Source of the DNA: Thermomicrobiales bacterium
GTDB taxonomy: Bacteria; Chloroflexota; Chloroflexia; Thermomicrobiales; CFX8
Reading direction: 5' to 3'
Assembly: GCA_023954495.1 (NCBI GenBank)
Contig: JAMLIA010000007.1
Span: forward strand, 2,060 to 66,059
Length of the DNA: 64,000 nt
Positions 16,209-24,940 of the stretch are shown one piece after another. The notes under the pieces are model-generated. The model ran no database searches, was not told the origin of the DNA, and saw only the letters and a list, made by a program, of their open reading frames with translations. Numbering within the stretch: the stretch's first letter is position 1; each line of letters opens with the position of its first letter. The position numbers and the translations under genes are program-made.

Positions 16209-16970
16209 CTATGGTTTCAGCACCGATTCCGCAATCGCAGTGAGCACCGGCAGCGGTTCGCCGCCCTGGCCGAAGTAGACAAACACAACCGGACCCTGCC
16301 GGATGTAAATCGACGCGGTCGCCGTGCCTTCGGCGGTCGGCTGGGTCACCGCCACCGCCTCGTCTCCGAGTTGCGGCGCATCGGCTTCGGCTGCGCCCTG
16401 CGTGGTGGCCAGGATCTTCAGCCAGTTGATCGCCTCGCCGGCCTGCTCCGGACTCCCGTACTCGTTAATCGTCGTCAGGATCGTAGATGGCAGACCGCCA
16501 GATTCATCGTCGCGCGCAAAGGCACGGAAGACGTGGCGCTTGAATCCCCAGGTGTTCAGCCGCTGCAGGTGCGCCGCCGGATCGCTATAGGCATTGGCCA
16601 GATCCTGCGCCGTGCGCGTTCCCTGTTCGGCGATGATGTATCCCGCACCACCATCGGGCAGATTCGCAAGCGCTGGGAGCAACGGTTCCAGATCGCTGAC
16701 TGCCGTCGGCGACGCGTTCCCTGTTGGCGACGCGGCCACAGTCGGGGTGACCGTTGGTGATGGCTCAGGTGTTGCTGACGGACTGGGCGTCGCTGTCGCT
16801 GTTGCAGTTGGTGGCAGTGGTGTCGCGGTCGGAGTCTCTGTCGGCGTGCTGGTCGGATCGGCATCGTCGCGGGTATCCGGCCCGGAGCATGCTGCAGCAG
16901 CGACAATAAGTGCTGTGATCGCGACGAACATCGCCAATCGCCACACGAGGCCATTGAACCGAACCATCAT
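16209..16970 (-). CDS. Hypothetical secreted lipoprotein with Thr/Pro-rich linker
   Basis: Signal peptide plus lipobox AAAACS, a TPTETPTATPLPPTATATATPSPSATPEPSPTVTPT linker, then a globular C-domain. Confidence 0.7.
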   Translation of the reverse strand: MMVRFNGLVWRLAMFVAITALIVAAAACSGPDTRDDADPTSTPTETPTATPLPPTATATATPSPSATPEPSPTVTPTVAASPTGNASPTAVSDLEPLLPALANLPDGGAGYIIAEQGTRTAQDLANAYSDPAAHLQRLNTWGFKRHVFRAFARDDESGGLPSTILTTINEYGSPEQAGEAINWLKILATTQGAAEADAPQLGDEAVAVTQPTAEGTATASIYIRQGPVVFVYFGQGGEPLPVLTAIAESVLKP

Positions 16971-17108
16971 GTCACTCCCTCCAACTGGGACTGTCGCGAT
17001 TGTACAAGGCGAGCCACCAGGATGATGCGGTCCCGGCTGCGGCTACAATGCCGTGGGAGACGCCGGATGATCGACCGGCGCATTCGCAAGACAACGGGAG
17101 GAAGAACG

Positions 17109-17855
17109 ATGCCGACCGCTATCGACCATGTCATCATTCTGGCCGAGGATCTTGATACTGCCATGCAGCAATACACGGATCTCGGCTTCACCGTTATCCC
17201 GGGTGGCAAGCACGCGCGCTTCACCCACAACGCCCTCGTGACCTTCCAGGACGGCAGCTACCTGGAGCTGATCGCGTTCTACGAAGCACCGGACGCGGCC
17301 AAGGGTGAGGGACATCGCTGGTTCAAGCACGTTGGCAACGGCGGCGGGCTGATCGACTTCGCCGTCGGCACGCCTGATGTTACGAGTGTCGTGAAGGACA
17401 CAACCGCGCGCGGCCTGCACTACGACGGCCCGCATCCGGGCCAACGAGCCCGACCGGACGGCGAGCAGCTCCGCTGGCAGAGCGCGATGGCTGGTAGCGA
17501 GGACAGCAGCGCCCTGCCGTTCGTGATCGAGGACATCACCGATCGCGGTCTGCGCGTCCCGGCCGACGGCAACACGCACACCAACGGCGTCCGTGGCATC
17601 GCCAGGCTCGTCGTCGCAGCTGATGATCTGGACGCCGCCATCCGCGACTTCCAGGCCCTGCTCGGCGTCGATGCACCCAAGTCGAAGACGGATGCTGGCG
17701 CGACCTTCGAGGTCGGCCCGCACACGGTTGAGCTCGTTGCCGCGACCGCCGCGAGTGGCACCGGTCCAGTTGAGCTGCAGTTCATCGCGGACGAGGCCGG
17801 AACGATTGATCCAGCCACGGCCAGCAATGCGAACCTGAAGTTGGTGACAAAGTAG
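17109..17855 (+). CDS. VOC/glyoxalase-like domain protein
   Basis: MPTAIDHVIILAEDLDTAMQQYTDLGFTVIPGGKH... is typical of the glyoxalase-like domain. GGGAGG precedes ATG 17109. Confidence 0.75.
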   Translation: MPTAIDHVIILAEDLDTAMQQYTDLGFTVIPGGKHARFTHNALVTFQDGSYLELIAFYEAPDAAKGEGHRWFKHVGNGGGLIDFAVGTPDVTSVVKDTTARGLHYDGPHPGQRARPDGEQLRWQSAMAGSEDSSALPFVIEDITDRGLRVPADGNTHTNGVRGIARLVVAADDLDAAIRDFQALLGVDAPKSKTDAGATFEVGPHTVELVAATAASGTGPVELQFIADEAGTIDPATASNANLKLVTK

Positions 17856-17941
17856 GCACGTCCAGTACCTCTTCTCGGGCGTAACGTACAATGACGGCAT
17901 CTGCCAAAGTCAATGTATGACGCCCGAGGAGGGCCTTACTC

Positions 17942-19264
17942 ATGCTCAAACGAGACGCTGCGCGCCGCGCGACGCATGATGCGATTCACGACGCACGCGC
18001 CAGAATCATCGACCTATCCGCAACGCTCCACACCGGAAGCAGTCCTGACGACGCCCTTGCGCTCATCGATCAGGTGCTGAGCGATACCGGTTTCACCATC
18101 GACCGCGACATCGCGGGCATCGCCAGTACGCTGCGCGCCGTACGCGAACACCGCGATTCAGAGGCCGAGCGCAAGGGGCTTCGCCACGGCCACATGGCCT
18201 ACCTGGCTGACTTGCCGGCCGACCCGGCGGATTGGGCGAATCGCGGCAGCAACGCCGCCCTCGCCGCAACGCTGGCGGCGGCGATCGGCCTCGCCGCCGC
18301 ATTGGAGCAGCGCCACGAGTTCGGCATCGTCACCTTCATCATCGGCCCGACCGGCTGGAAAGCCGCTGCGACCGCTGCCGGTATCATCGAGCCCTTCGAC
18401 TCGGCGCTCGGCGTACACACCGCCGCTGCCGGTGACGGCTACGCCTACACCATCGCTCAGACTGGCGACCGCCTCGGCTCGCTTATCGCCACCCTGACAT
18501 TTGCCGGGGAGACCGCGTCTGCGGCCGTCGCCGATCTCATCGCCCAGATCCCGGTGCTGCAGGACGACCTTGTCGATCATCGCTCGATCGCCGTCGTAGT
18601 GTCCGACGAATCGACGGTCCGCCTGGAAGTGCAGGGGCCGTCACGCTCGGCACTGATTGAGACGGCGGTTGCCCTGCAGGATCGAGCCGAGAAGGTAGCC
18701 GCAACACACGGCACAACGGTCGAGATCGACCTCGGCCAGACGATCGACGACATGATCGTCAACCGCGTGCTCTCGCGCCGGGTCAAGACCTACGGAGATA
18801 CGTTCGGTCTACCAATGGATCGCATTCACAAGACGCCGCCGGCCGCTCCTGACACCTGGGGCAACGTGTCCTACATCACGCCGTCCGTCAACGTCGCGCT
18901 GCGGGTCACCGAGGAGCTGGCCGAGCTGGGCAGTGAGGCGTTCGGGGCGCTCACGAACACCAGCGAGGCGCACGATCAGGCGCTGCTGCTGGGCGAATGC
19001 CTGGCGATGACCGGCATTGACGTGCTGCGCGACTCGACCTACCGGGCCATCGCCGACGATCAACTGGTGAAGGCTCTCTCCGAGCGCGGGATCAATCGCG
19101 CCCATCGCCGCTGGCTCGGCGTGCATCGCGTCCAGCCCGGCGGCAAAAAGCCAAAGCGCAAGAGCGGCCCGACCGTCACCGATTTTCAGATCGTGCGCGG
19201 CCCCGGCCTGCCACCACCGCCGATGCCGACGGAGGAGGACGACGAGGACGAGGACGAGTCTTGA
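17942..19264 (+). CDS. M20-family amidohydrolase-like protein, apparently lacking metal ligands
   Basis: The order of landmarks follows the AbgB/PM20D2-like M20 fold (GFTIDRDIAGIASTLRAV; TLTFAGETASAA; TWGNVSYITPS). The GHACGHN and GTPAEE-type ligand motifs are replaced. The C-terminus is a basic stretch followed by an acidic tail (KKPKRK...EEDDEDEDES). Confidence 0.55.
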   Translation: MLKRDAARRATHDAIHDARARIIDLSATLHTGSSPDDALALIDQVLSDTGFTIDRDIAGIASTLRAVREHRDSEAERKGLRHGHMAYLADLPADPADWANRGSNAALAATLAAAIGLAAALEQRHEFGIVTFIIGPTGWKAAATAAGIIEPFDSALGVHTAAAGDGYAYTIAQTGDRLGSLIATLTFAGETASAAVADLIAQIPVLQDDLVDHRSIAVVVSDESTVRLEVQGPSRSALIETAVALQDRAEKVAATHGTTVEIDLGQTIDDMIVNRVLSRRVKTYGDTFGLPMDRIHKTPPAAPDTWGNVSYITPSVNVALRVTEELAELGSEAFGALTNTSEAHDQALLLGECLAMTGIDVLRDSTYRAIADDQLVKALSERGINRAHRRWLGVHRVQPGGKKPKRKSGPTVTDFQIVRGPGLPPPPMPTEEDDEDEDES

Positions 19265-19290
19265 CATGAGACGCTCTCGCGCCATACAGT
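19261..19290 (+). promoter_or_regulatory. Sigma70-type promoter candidate for the aspS leader
   Basis: TTGACA (19261-19266), 18-nt spacer, TACAGT (19285-19290). It overlaps the stop codon of the upstream gene. Confidence 0.5.
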
Positions 19291-19309
19291 GTCCGGAACA
19301 ATTCAGAGA

Positions 19310-19584
19310 CATCGGCGCTGACGGAGAAGAGTAGTCGAGGTCCCTGCCACAGCGAGCCGCGGACGGTGCGAGGCGGCGGTCCAGGGAATCGGCGAAGACA
19401 CTCCCGAGCTGGTGCGGCGAGCAGGCAATGCCTTCAGTCGCACCCGGTGAAGCCACCGTTACCTGGCCCGAGCACTGCTGCGATGCAGCGCTCGAAAAGG
19501 TGTCCGGCGTGAGTCGGGCACGAAGAAAGGTGGCACCACGGTCGCGCCCCCGTCCTTTCGACGGGGGCGCGTGTGTTTGGTGTG
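19310..19584 (+). promoter_or_regulatory. T-box riboswitch leader, Asp specifier (GAC), with terminator
   Basis: Stem I elements ACGGAGAAGAGTAG and AGCGAG...GGTGCGAG. Specifier-loop context GAA-GAC-A (GAC at 19397-19399). T-box sequence AAGGTGGCACCACGG (19528-19542). Perfect 12-bp terminator cgcgcccccgtc / gacgggggcgcg (19543-19571) followed by tgtgtttggtgtg. Confidence 0.8.
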
Positions 19585-19650
19585 ACCGACACGCGCGACG
19601 AATAAGGATTCGCTTTCGTGCGGCGGTCGCCCAGCGTTTGGAGGTGCCAC

Positions 19651-20991
19651 ATGCCTCAGTCCCTCTCGCCCGCGTCCACCGCAGGGACGCATCGCTCGCG
19701 AACCCTGGCAGCCGATCTGGCAACGATGATCGACCAGCAGGTCACGATCAGCGGCTGGCTAACGACCCGCCGCGACCTCGGCTCGCTGTCCTTCCTCGTC
19801 GTCCGCGACCGCAGCGGCAACGCGCAGGTCGTCGTCGAGTCCGAGGAGCTGCGCGAAACGCTGGCCGGTTTGCAGGTAGAAAGCGTCGTCGCGATCCACG
19901 GCACGGTCGTCGCCGAGCCACGAGCGCGGGGCGGCGCTGAGCTCCACGCCATCGACATTGACGTGCTGGCTCCGGTCACCGAGCCGCTGCCGTTCGAGAT
20001 CAACCGCCGCACGCTGAAGCCGTCGCTCGACATCTGGCTGGATCGCGCGCCGCTCGCGCTACGTCACGAGTCGAAGCGGGCTGCATTGGAGATCACCGCT
20101 GCGCTGGTCGATGGCTATCGGTCGGCGCTGCGGAAGCGCGGGTTCGTCGAGATCTTCACGCCAAAGATCGTCGGGTCTGCGACGGAGGGTGGCGCGAACG
20201 TCTTTCCAGTCGCTTACTTCGGACGCGACGCGTTCCTGGCGCAGTCGCCACAGCTCTACAAGCAGATCATGGTCGGCGTGCACGAGCGCGTCTTCGAGGT
20301 CGGCCCGGTCTTTCGCGCCGAGCCGCACGCGACGACGCGCCACCTGAACGAGTACATCTCGCTCGACCTGGAGATGGGCTTCATTCAGGATCATCGCGAT
20401 GTCATGGCGCTCATCACTGAGCTGCTGCGCGAGATTCTGGCGACGATCCAGGAGCAGGCGGGTGCTGCGCTACAGACAATCGGCGTCGAGCTCCCGGCGG
20501 TTGGCGACATCCCCGTCGTCGGATTCAGCGAGGCGCAGGAGATCATCCTGCGCGAGTTCGGCGAGGACACGCGCGGTGAGCCGGACCTCGCGCCGCAGCA
20601 TGAGCGCTGGCTCGGCGAGTGGGCACGTCGCGAGCACAACAGCGAATGGATCTTCGTCGAGGGCTATCCGACTGCGAAGCGCCCGTTCTACACGATGCCG
20701 AACCCGGACTCACCGGCGGCATCGAATTCGTTCGACCTGCTCTTCCGTGGACTGGAGCTGATCACCGGCGGGCAGCGAGAGCATCGTTATGAGCGGCTAG
20801 TCGCGACGATGCAACAGCGCAATATCGATCCCGCGCCGTTTGTTGGCTACCTCGATGCCTTCCGCTTCGGGATGCCACCGGAAGGCGGCTGTGCGATCGG
20901 TCTGGAGCGCTTCGTCGCCCAACTCGTCGGCGCATCAAACGTCCGCGAAGTGACTGCCTTCCCGCGTGACATCAACCGACTGACGCCGTAA
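19651..20991 (+). CDS. aspS: Aspartate--tRNA ligase, archaeal/eukaryotic type (short form, 446 aa)
   Basis: Class IIb motifs FRAEPHATTRHLNEY and GGCAIGLERFV, with an OB-fold N-domain. GGAGGTG precedes ATG 19651. Confidence 0.92.
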   Translation: MPQSLSPASTAGTHRSRTLAADLATMIDQQVTISGWLTTRRDLGSLSFLVVRDRSGNAQVVVESEELRETLAGLQVESVVAIHGTVVAEPRARGGAELHAIDIDVLAPVTEPLPFEINRRTLKPSLDIWLDRAPLALRHESKRAALEITAALVDGYRSALRKRGFVEIFTPKIVGSATEGGANVFPVAYFGRDAFLAQSPQLYKQIMVGVHERVFEVGPVFRAEPHATTRHLNEYISLDLEMGFIQDHRDVMALITELLREILATIQEQAGAALQTIGVELPAVGDIPVVGFSEAQEIILREFGEDTRGEPDLAPQHERWLGEWARREHNSEWIFVEGYPTAKRPFYTMPNPDSPAASNSFDLLFRGLELITGGQREHRYERLVATMQQRNIDPAPFVGYLDAFRFGMPPEGGCAIGLERFVAQLVGASNVREVTAFPRDINRLTP

Positions 20992-21024
20992 GCGAGCCCC
21001 GCCAGGTTGGACTGGCTTGGATTA

Positions 21025-21265
21025 GTGGGAGATATCTCGCGTGCACGCTCGAAATGACAGAAGGCGGAGTCTGCTGCCGAGCCGAACTGGTCTTGATTGC
21101 TGGCAATGTCGCGCCGCTGGCCTGGCAACCACCCGCTTGTCCTGTCATCTCGAACCGCAGTGAGAGATCTCCTACCCGCCCAACGCAGTCCAACTCCGGG
21201 GGGTCTTTCGGCTGCGCGGGTACCCACCGGGCGTGAAATGACAGAAGGCGGAGGTGGCTGTCGAA
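21025..21265. repeat. Palindromic MITE/REP-like element, copy 2 (diverged arms) plus a solo inner fragment
   Basis: Left arm gtgggagatatctcgcgtgcacgctcgaaatgacag (from 21025). Right arm cctgtcatctcgaaccgcagtgagagatctcctaccc (21141-21177). The 18-nt segment gaaatgacagaaggcgga is repeated directly at 21051-21068 and 21234-21251. Confidence 0.8.
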
Positions 21266-21345
21266 TCGCAATGCACGACGTACCAACACGAGCAACGACC
21301 TGCACACGCTTCGATGCTACAGTACCGCCGAGCAGAGGAGAGGTC

Positions 21346-23064
21346 ATGCGCTACAGCGGAATGTTCGGGAAGACCAGGCGAGATGCCCCGGCCGGTACGG
21401 ATACGGCCAGCGCGGCGCTGCTGATCCGCGCCGGCTTTGTGCGCCAGCTCGGCGCTGGGATTCATTCCTACCTGCCGCTGGCGTGGCGCTCGATAACGAA
21501 AATCGAACGCATCATCCGCGAGGAGATGGAGCGCATCGATTGCCACGAGCTATCCATGCCGGTCGTGCATCCCGCCGACCTCTGGCAGGAGACGGGACGC
21601 TGGTACGACATCGGCGACGAGCTTGTCCGTTTCGTTGATCGCGCCGAGCGCCCGATGGTCCTGGCGATGACGCATGAGGAGGTCGCGACCGACCTCGTCC
21701 GCCGGGAAGTGCGCTCGTACCGCCAGCTGCCGGTGCAGTTCTTCCAGATCCAGACCAAGTATCGCGACGAGCCTCGACCGCGCGCCGGCCTGCTGCGCGG
21801 ACGCGAGTTCCTGATGAAGGACGCCTACTCATTCCACACCGACCGTGCCGATCTCCAACGCTTCTACGATGCCTGCCACGGTGCGTACCTGCGCGCGTTC
21901 GCGCGCTGCGGCATCGATGTCGTCGTCGTCGAATCAGACTCCGGCATCATGGGCGGCGAAGGTTCGCACGAGTACATGCTAATCGCCGACGCCGGAGAGG
22001 ACGTCCTGCTGACCTGCCCGTCCTGCGGCTACGCGGCCAACCGCGAGGTCGCCCGAACGACGCTCCCTGCTCCTGATGACGCGCCGCTGCCGATGGAAGA
22101 AGTTGAGACGCCCAACGCCACGACCATTGAGGCGGTCGCAACCTACCTGGGTGTCGAGCGCGACCGTACTGCCAAGGCGGTCTTTTACGAATCCGACGGC
22201 AAGCTCATCTTCGTCGTGATCCGGGGCGACCGATCAGTCAACGAGATCAAGCTCGCCGAACTCCTGGGTGTGCCGCAGGTATCGCCGGCGAGCGAAGAGC
22301 TCATTCGCGCCAGTGGCGCGGTTCCGGGCTACGCGTCACCGGTCGGACTGACCGACACGATCGTCGTTGCCGACGAGACGGCCCGCGCGCCAAACCTCGT
22401 CGCCGGGGCGAACCGCGAGGGCTATCACCTGATCAACGTCAACCTCGGGCGCGACTACGAGCCGGCGCACCTCGCCGACATCCTGATGGTCGAGGCCGGC
22501 GATCCGTGCCCCGAATGCGGCGCTGCCCTCCTTGAGCAGCGCGGCATCGAGGTCGGCAACATCTTCAAGCTTGGCACCACATACTCGGCACCGCTGAAGG
22601 CTGCCTACCTTGATGAGAACGACGAAGAGCAGATCATGGTCATGGGTTCGTACGGATTCGGGGTTTCACGCATGCTGGCCGCCCTGGCCGAGCGACATCA
22701 CGACGATCGCGGCCTGCGCTGGCCGGCGACGGTTGCGCCGTTCGAGGCGCACCTCGTCCTTATTGGCGCGAATGACGAAGCGCATGAGGTGGCCGACACG
22801 ACCTACCGCATGCTGCAGGCGGAGGGGATCGAGGTCCTGTTCGATGATCGGGACGAGTCGGCTGGGGTGAAGTTCACCGACGCCGACCTGATCGGCATTC
22901 CGATCCGACTGACGGTCAGCAACAGGTCGCTCAAGTCGGGCGGCGTCGAGCTGAAGCTACGCGATCAACCTCCGGCAGACGCGAAGGTTGTCGCAGTCGA
23001 ATCAATTGTGGCGCAGGTGCGTGCGCATCTGGCGACGATGTTCGCCGCACTGCAGCCGCGCTAG
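21346..23064 (+). CDS. proS: Proline--tRNA ligase, bacterial type with insertion/editing domain
   Basis: MRYSGMFGKTRRDAPA...LLIRAGFVRQLGAGIHSYLPL, FRDEPRPRAGLLRGREFLMKD, GSYGFGVSR. The start was moved to ATG 21346 after GAGGAGAGG. Confidence 0.93.
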   Translation: MRYSGMFGKTRRDAPAGTDTASAALLIRAGFVRQLGAGIHSYLPLAWRSITKIERIIREEMERIDCHELSMPVVHPADLWQETGRWYDIGDELVRFVDRAERPMVLAMTHEEVATDLVRREVRSYRQLPVQFFQIQTKYRDEPRPRAGLLRGREFLMKDAYSFHTDRADLQRFYDACHGAYLRAFARCGIDVVVVESDSGIMGGEGSHEYMLIADAGEDVLLTCPSCGYAANREVARTTLPAPDDAPLPMEEVETPNATTIEAVATYLGVERDRTAKAVFYESDGKLIFVVIRGDRSVNEIKLAELLGVPQVSPASEELIRASGAVPGYASPVGLTDTIVVADETARAPNLVAGANREGYHLINVNLGRDYEPAHLADILMVEAGDPCPECGAALLEQRGIEVGNIFKLGTTYSAPLKAAYLDENDEEQIMVMGSYGFGVSRMLAALAERHHDDRGLRWPATVAPFEAHLVLIGANDEAHEVADTTYRMLQAEGIEVLFDDRDESAGVKFTDADLIGIPIRLTVSNRSLKSGGVELKLRDQPPADAKVVAVESIVAQVRAHLATMFAALQPR

Positions 23065-23068
23065 CGCA

Positions 23069-23206
23069 TCAGGCGTGCTCGAAATCGAACCACTCGTCAT
23101 CCGGCAGCTCGTCGCTGGATGCTGAGCGATACAGCAGCGCCAGGATCGCGCCGAGGATCGCCAGGGCGACAAAGATCACGGCGATGTTGCTCTTGCCTTC
23201 CATCAT
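23069..23206 (-). CDS. Small single-pass membrane protein (45 aa)
   Basis: MMEGKSNIAVIFVALAILGAILALLYRSASSDELPDDEWFDFEHA. The start was moved to M42 of the track ORF, preceded by GTGAGGT. Confidence 0.5.
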   Translation of the reverse strand: MMEGKSNIAVIFVALAILGAILALLYRSASSDELPDDEWFDFEHA

Positions 23207-23339
23207 GACCTCACATTCAACGTGGGAGGCCGGGTAGCCGCCCTGCCTCCGAGTATCATTCGACCTGAGTATAGCAACGTGCCTGTGGGTAAAATGACGT
23301 GTCAGATCAACATGTTGACCCGACTGCAAGGATGTCAGA

Positions 23340-23861
23340 TTGAGCTTTTCCGGCGGCCCAGCGTCCTTCCCCGATCAGGTCTGGGGCCTGCTCAAGCCGC
23401 GCGGTGGCGCGACGACTGATGGCTTGCGGCTGGCGGTCGCCAACGGCGTCGGCATCTTTGTCACGCTCGTGCTGCTCGCCATCGCGTCGCTGTTCAACCG
23501 CCTCGTCAACCTCGTTATTCACATACCGTTCACCGTCATCATGATCGCGCTGATCGCCGTTCTCACCTGCTGCGGGGCGTTCATCTGGTATCGCTACTCA
23601 GTGCTGTGGGTGAAGACGACGCGCGCGCTCGGCGGCTCGCTGAAGCCGGATGTGTTCGGCGTTGTTGCTGGACTCCCGTTCATCGTCATCGGCCTGTTCC
23701 TGCTGGCCACCGCGGTCCTGCAGTTCCTGTTTGCCGTTATCAGCTTCAGCGGCGGACGCCTGCTCGGTGCATTGCGCCAGACTGGTATCGCAGGGTTCTT
23801 CTTCGTGCTGGCAGTCGGCTGCGTCGTGGTTGCGCGCTACGCCTGCAATCAGGAGGAATGA
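23340..23861 (+). CDS. Hypothetical polytopic membrane protein
   Basis: Four predicted hydrophobic helices. TTG start. The stop overlaps the next gene's start. Confidence 0.6.
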   Translation: MSFSGGPASFPDQVWGLLKPRGGATTDGLRLAVANGVGIFVTLVLLAIASLFNRLVNLVIHIPFTVIMIALIAVLTCCGAFIWYRYSVLWVKTTRALGGSLKPDVFGVVAGLPFIVIGLFLLATAVLQFLFAVISFSGGRLLGALRQTGIAGFFFVLAVGCVVVARYACNQEE

Positions 23862-24367
23862 TGGCCGCTGTCGTCATCCGCGAGTTTCGCCCCACCGACA
23901 TCCCGGCCCTGAATGCGCTCCACAACGACCCGCTGGTCGCCGCACAGATCCTGCAGATCCCGTTCACGACCGATGCCGAACGCGCCCAGCGCCTCGTTCA
24001 GAGTCTGACGCAACGGACGCTGGTCGCCGACCTCGACGGCGAGCCGGTCGGCGCGCTCGGGCTGGAGCTGTACACGCGCCGCCGCGCCCATGTCGGCTCA
24101 ATTGGTATGGCAGTGCGGCTTGACCTGCACGGTCAGGGCATCGGCCGCCAACTACTGGCTGCAGCCGTAGATCTGGCCGACAACTGGTACAACCTGCGCC
24201 GCATCGAGCTGGAAGTCTATGCCGACAACGAGCGGGCGATCCGCCTGTATCGCTCATTCGGATTCGAGATCGAAGGCACACACCGCGCCTATGCGTTTCG
24301 GCTTGGCGAGTTCACCGATGCGCTCAGCATGGCGCGCCTGCGCGGCATAGCGACTGGCTCCGACTAG
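23858..24367 (+). CDS. GNAT-family N-acetyltransferase
   Basis: IGMAVRLDLHGQGIGRQLL...NERAIRLYRSFGFEIEG. AGGAGG precedes ATG 23858. Confidence 0.85.
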   Translation: MMAAVVIREFRPTDIPALNALHNDPLVAAQILQIPFTTDAERAQRLVQSLTQRTLVADLDGEPVGALGLELYTRRRAHVGSIGMAVRLDLHGQGIGRQLLAAAVDLADNWYNLRRIELEVYADNERAIRLYRSFGFEIEGTHRAYAFRLGEFTDALSMARLRGIATGSD

Positions 24368-24852
24368 CCCCAGGTTAGCGACGTGTAATCACCAGTGAAA
24401 AAGACGAGCGGGTCATCGTCGTCGCCAAGCTGTGCCTCTACTACTTCGCCGATCAGGATCGTGTGATCGCCGCCCGGATGTGTCGCGATCCGACTACACT
24501 CAAGCCACGCTACGCAGCCATCCAGCTTCGGCGCACCGAGCGCCCCGATCGTGTGCGGTACACCGGCGAACTCTGCCGACACGAGCGGCGCACGTCCCGC
24601 GAAGCGCTCGGCCAGAGCAATCTGCCGCCGCGCCAGGATGTTGATCGCGAACGTCGGTCGCGTAGTCAGGAAGTCGTGGCTTTGCGTGTCCCGCGAAATA
24701 CAGACCAGCGCCAGCAATGGGTCGAGCGACAGCGACGTAAACGCGTTGATCGTCACTCCGTGCATCGCGCCCGACTCAACATCGGCGCTCGTGACGACCA
24801 CAACGCCGGTCGGGAAGTGCCCGACAATGGCACGGTACTCAAGACTGTCCAT
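24364..24852 (-). CDS. Flavin reductase family protein (FMN-binding split barrel)
   Basis: FPTGVVVVTS...HGVTINAFTSLSLDPLLALVCI...GDHTILIGEVV. Confidence 0.85.
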   Translation of the reverse strand: MDSLEYRAIVGHFPTGVVVVTSADVESGAMHGVTINAFTSLSLDPLLALVCISRDTQSHDFLTTRPTFAINILARRQIALAERFAGRAPLVSAEFAGVPHTIGALGAPKLDGCVAWLECSRIATHPGGDHTILIGEVVEAQLGDDDDPLVFFTGDYTSLTWG

Positions 24853-24940
24853 ACTCGCTCCGATATCGAATGGTTGCCCCGGATGCGGCTCGCCACGTAG
24901 ACTGCGCCAGATGTTCGGTCACGCCGACGAAAGGGCCATC

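Noticed and set aside
17043-17900. 285-aa minus-strand ORF.
   Set aside because: It is antisense to the VOC-domain gene and has no motifs. The plus-strand gene has an RBS and a recognisable fold signature.
21097-21345. 5' extension of the proS track ORF.
   Set aside because: The extension is translated repeat-element sequence. ProRS homology and a GAGGAGAGG RBS define ATG 21346.
20992-21345. Looked for a second T-box leader upstream of proS.
   Set aside because: There is no GGTGG-ACC-type T-box sequence and no specifier architecture. The spacer is occupied by the palindromic repeat element.
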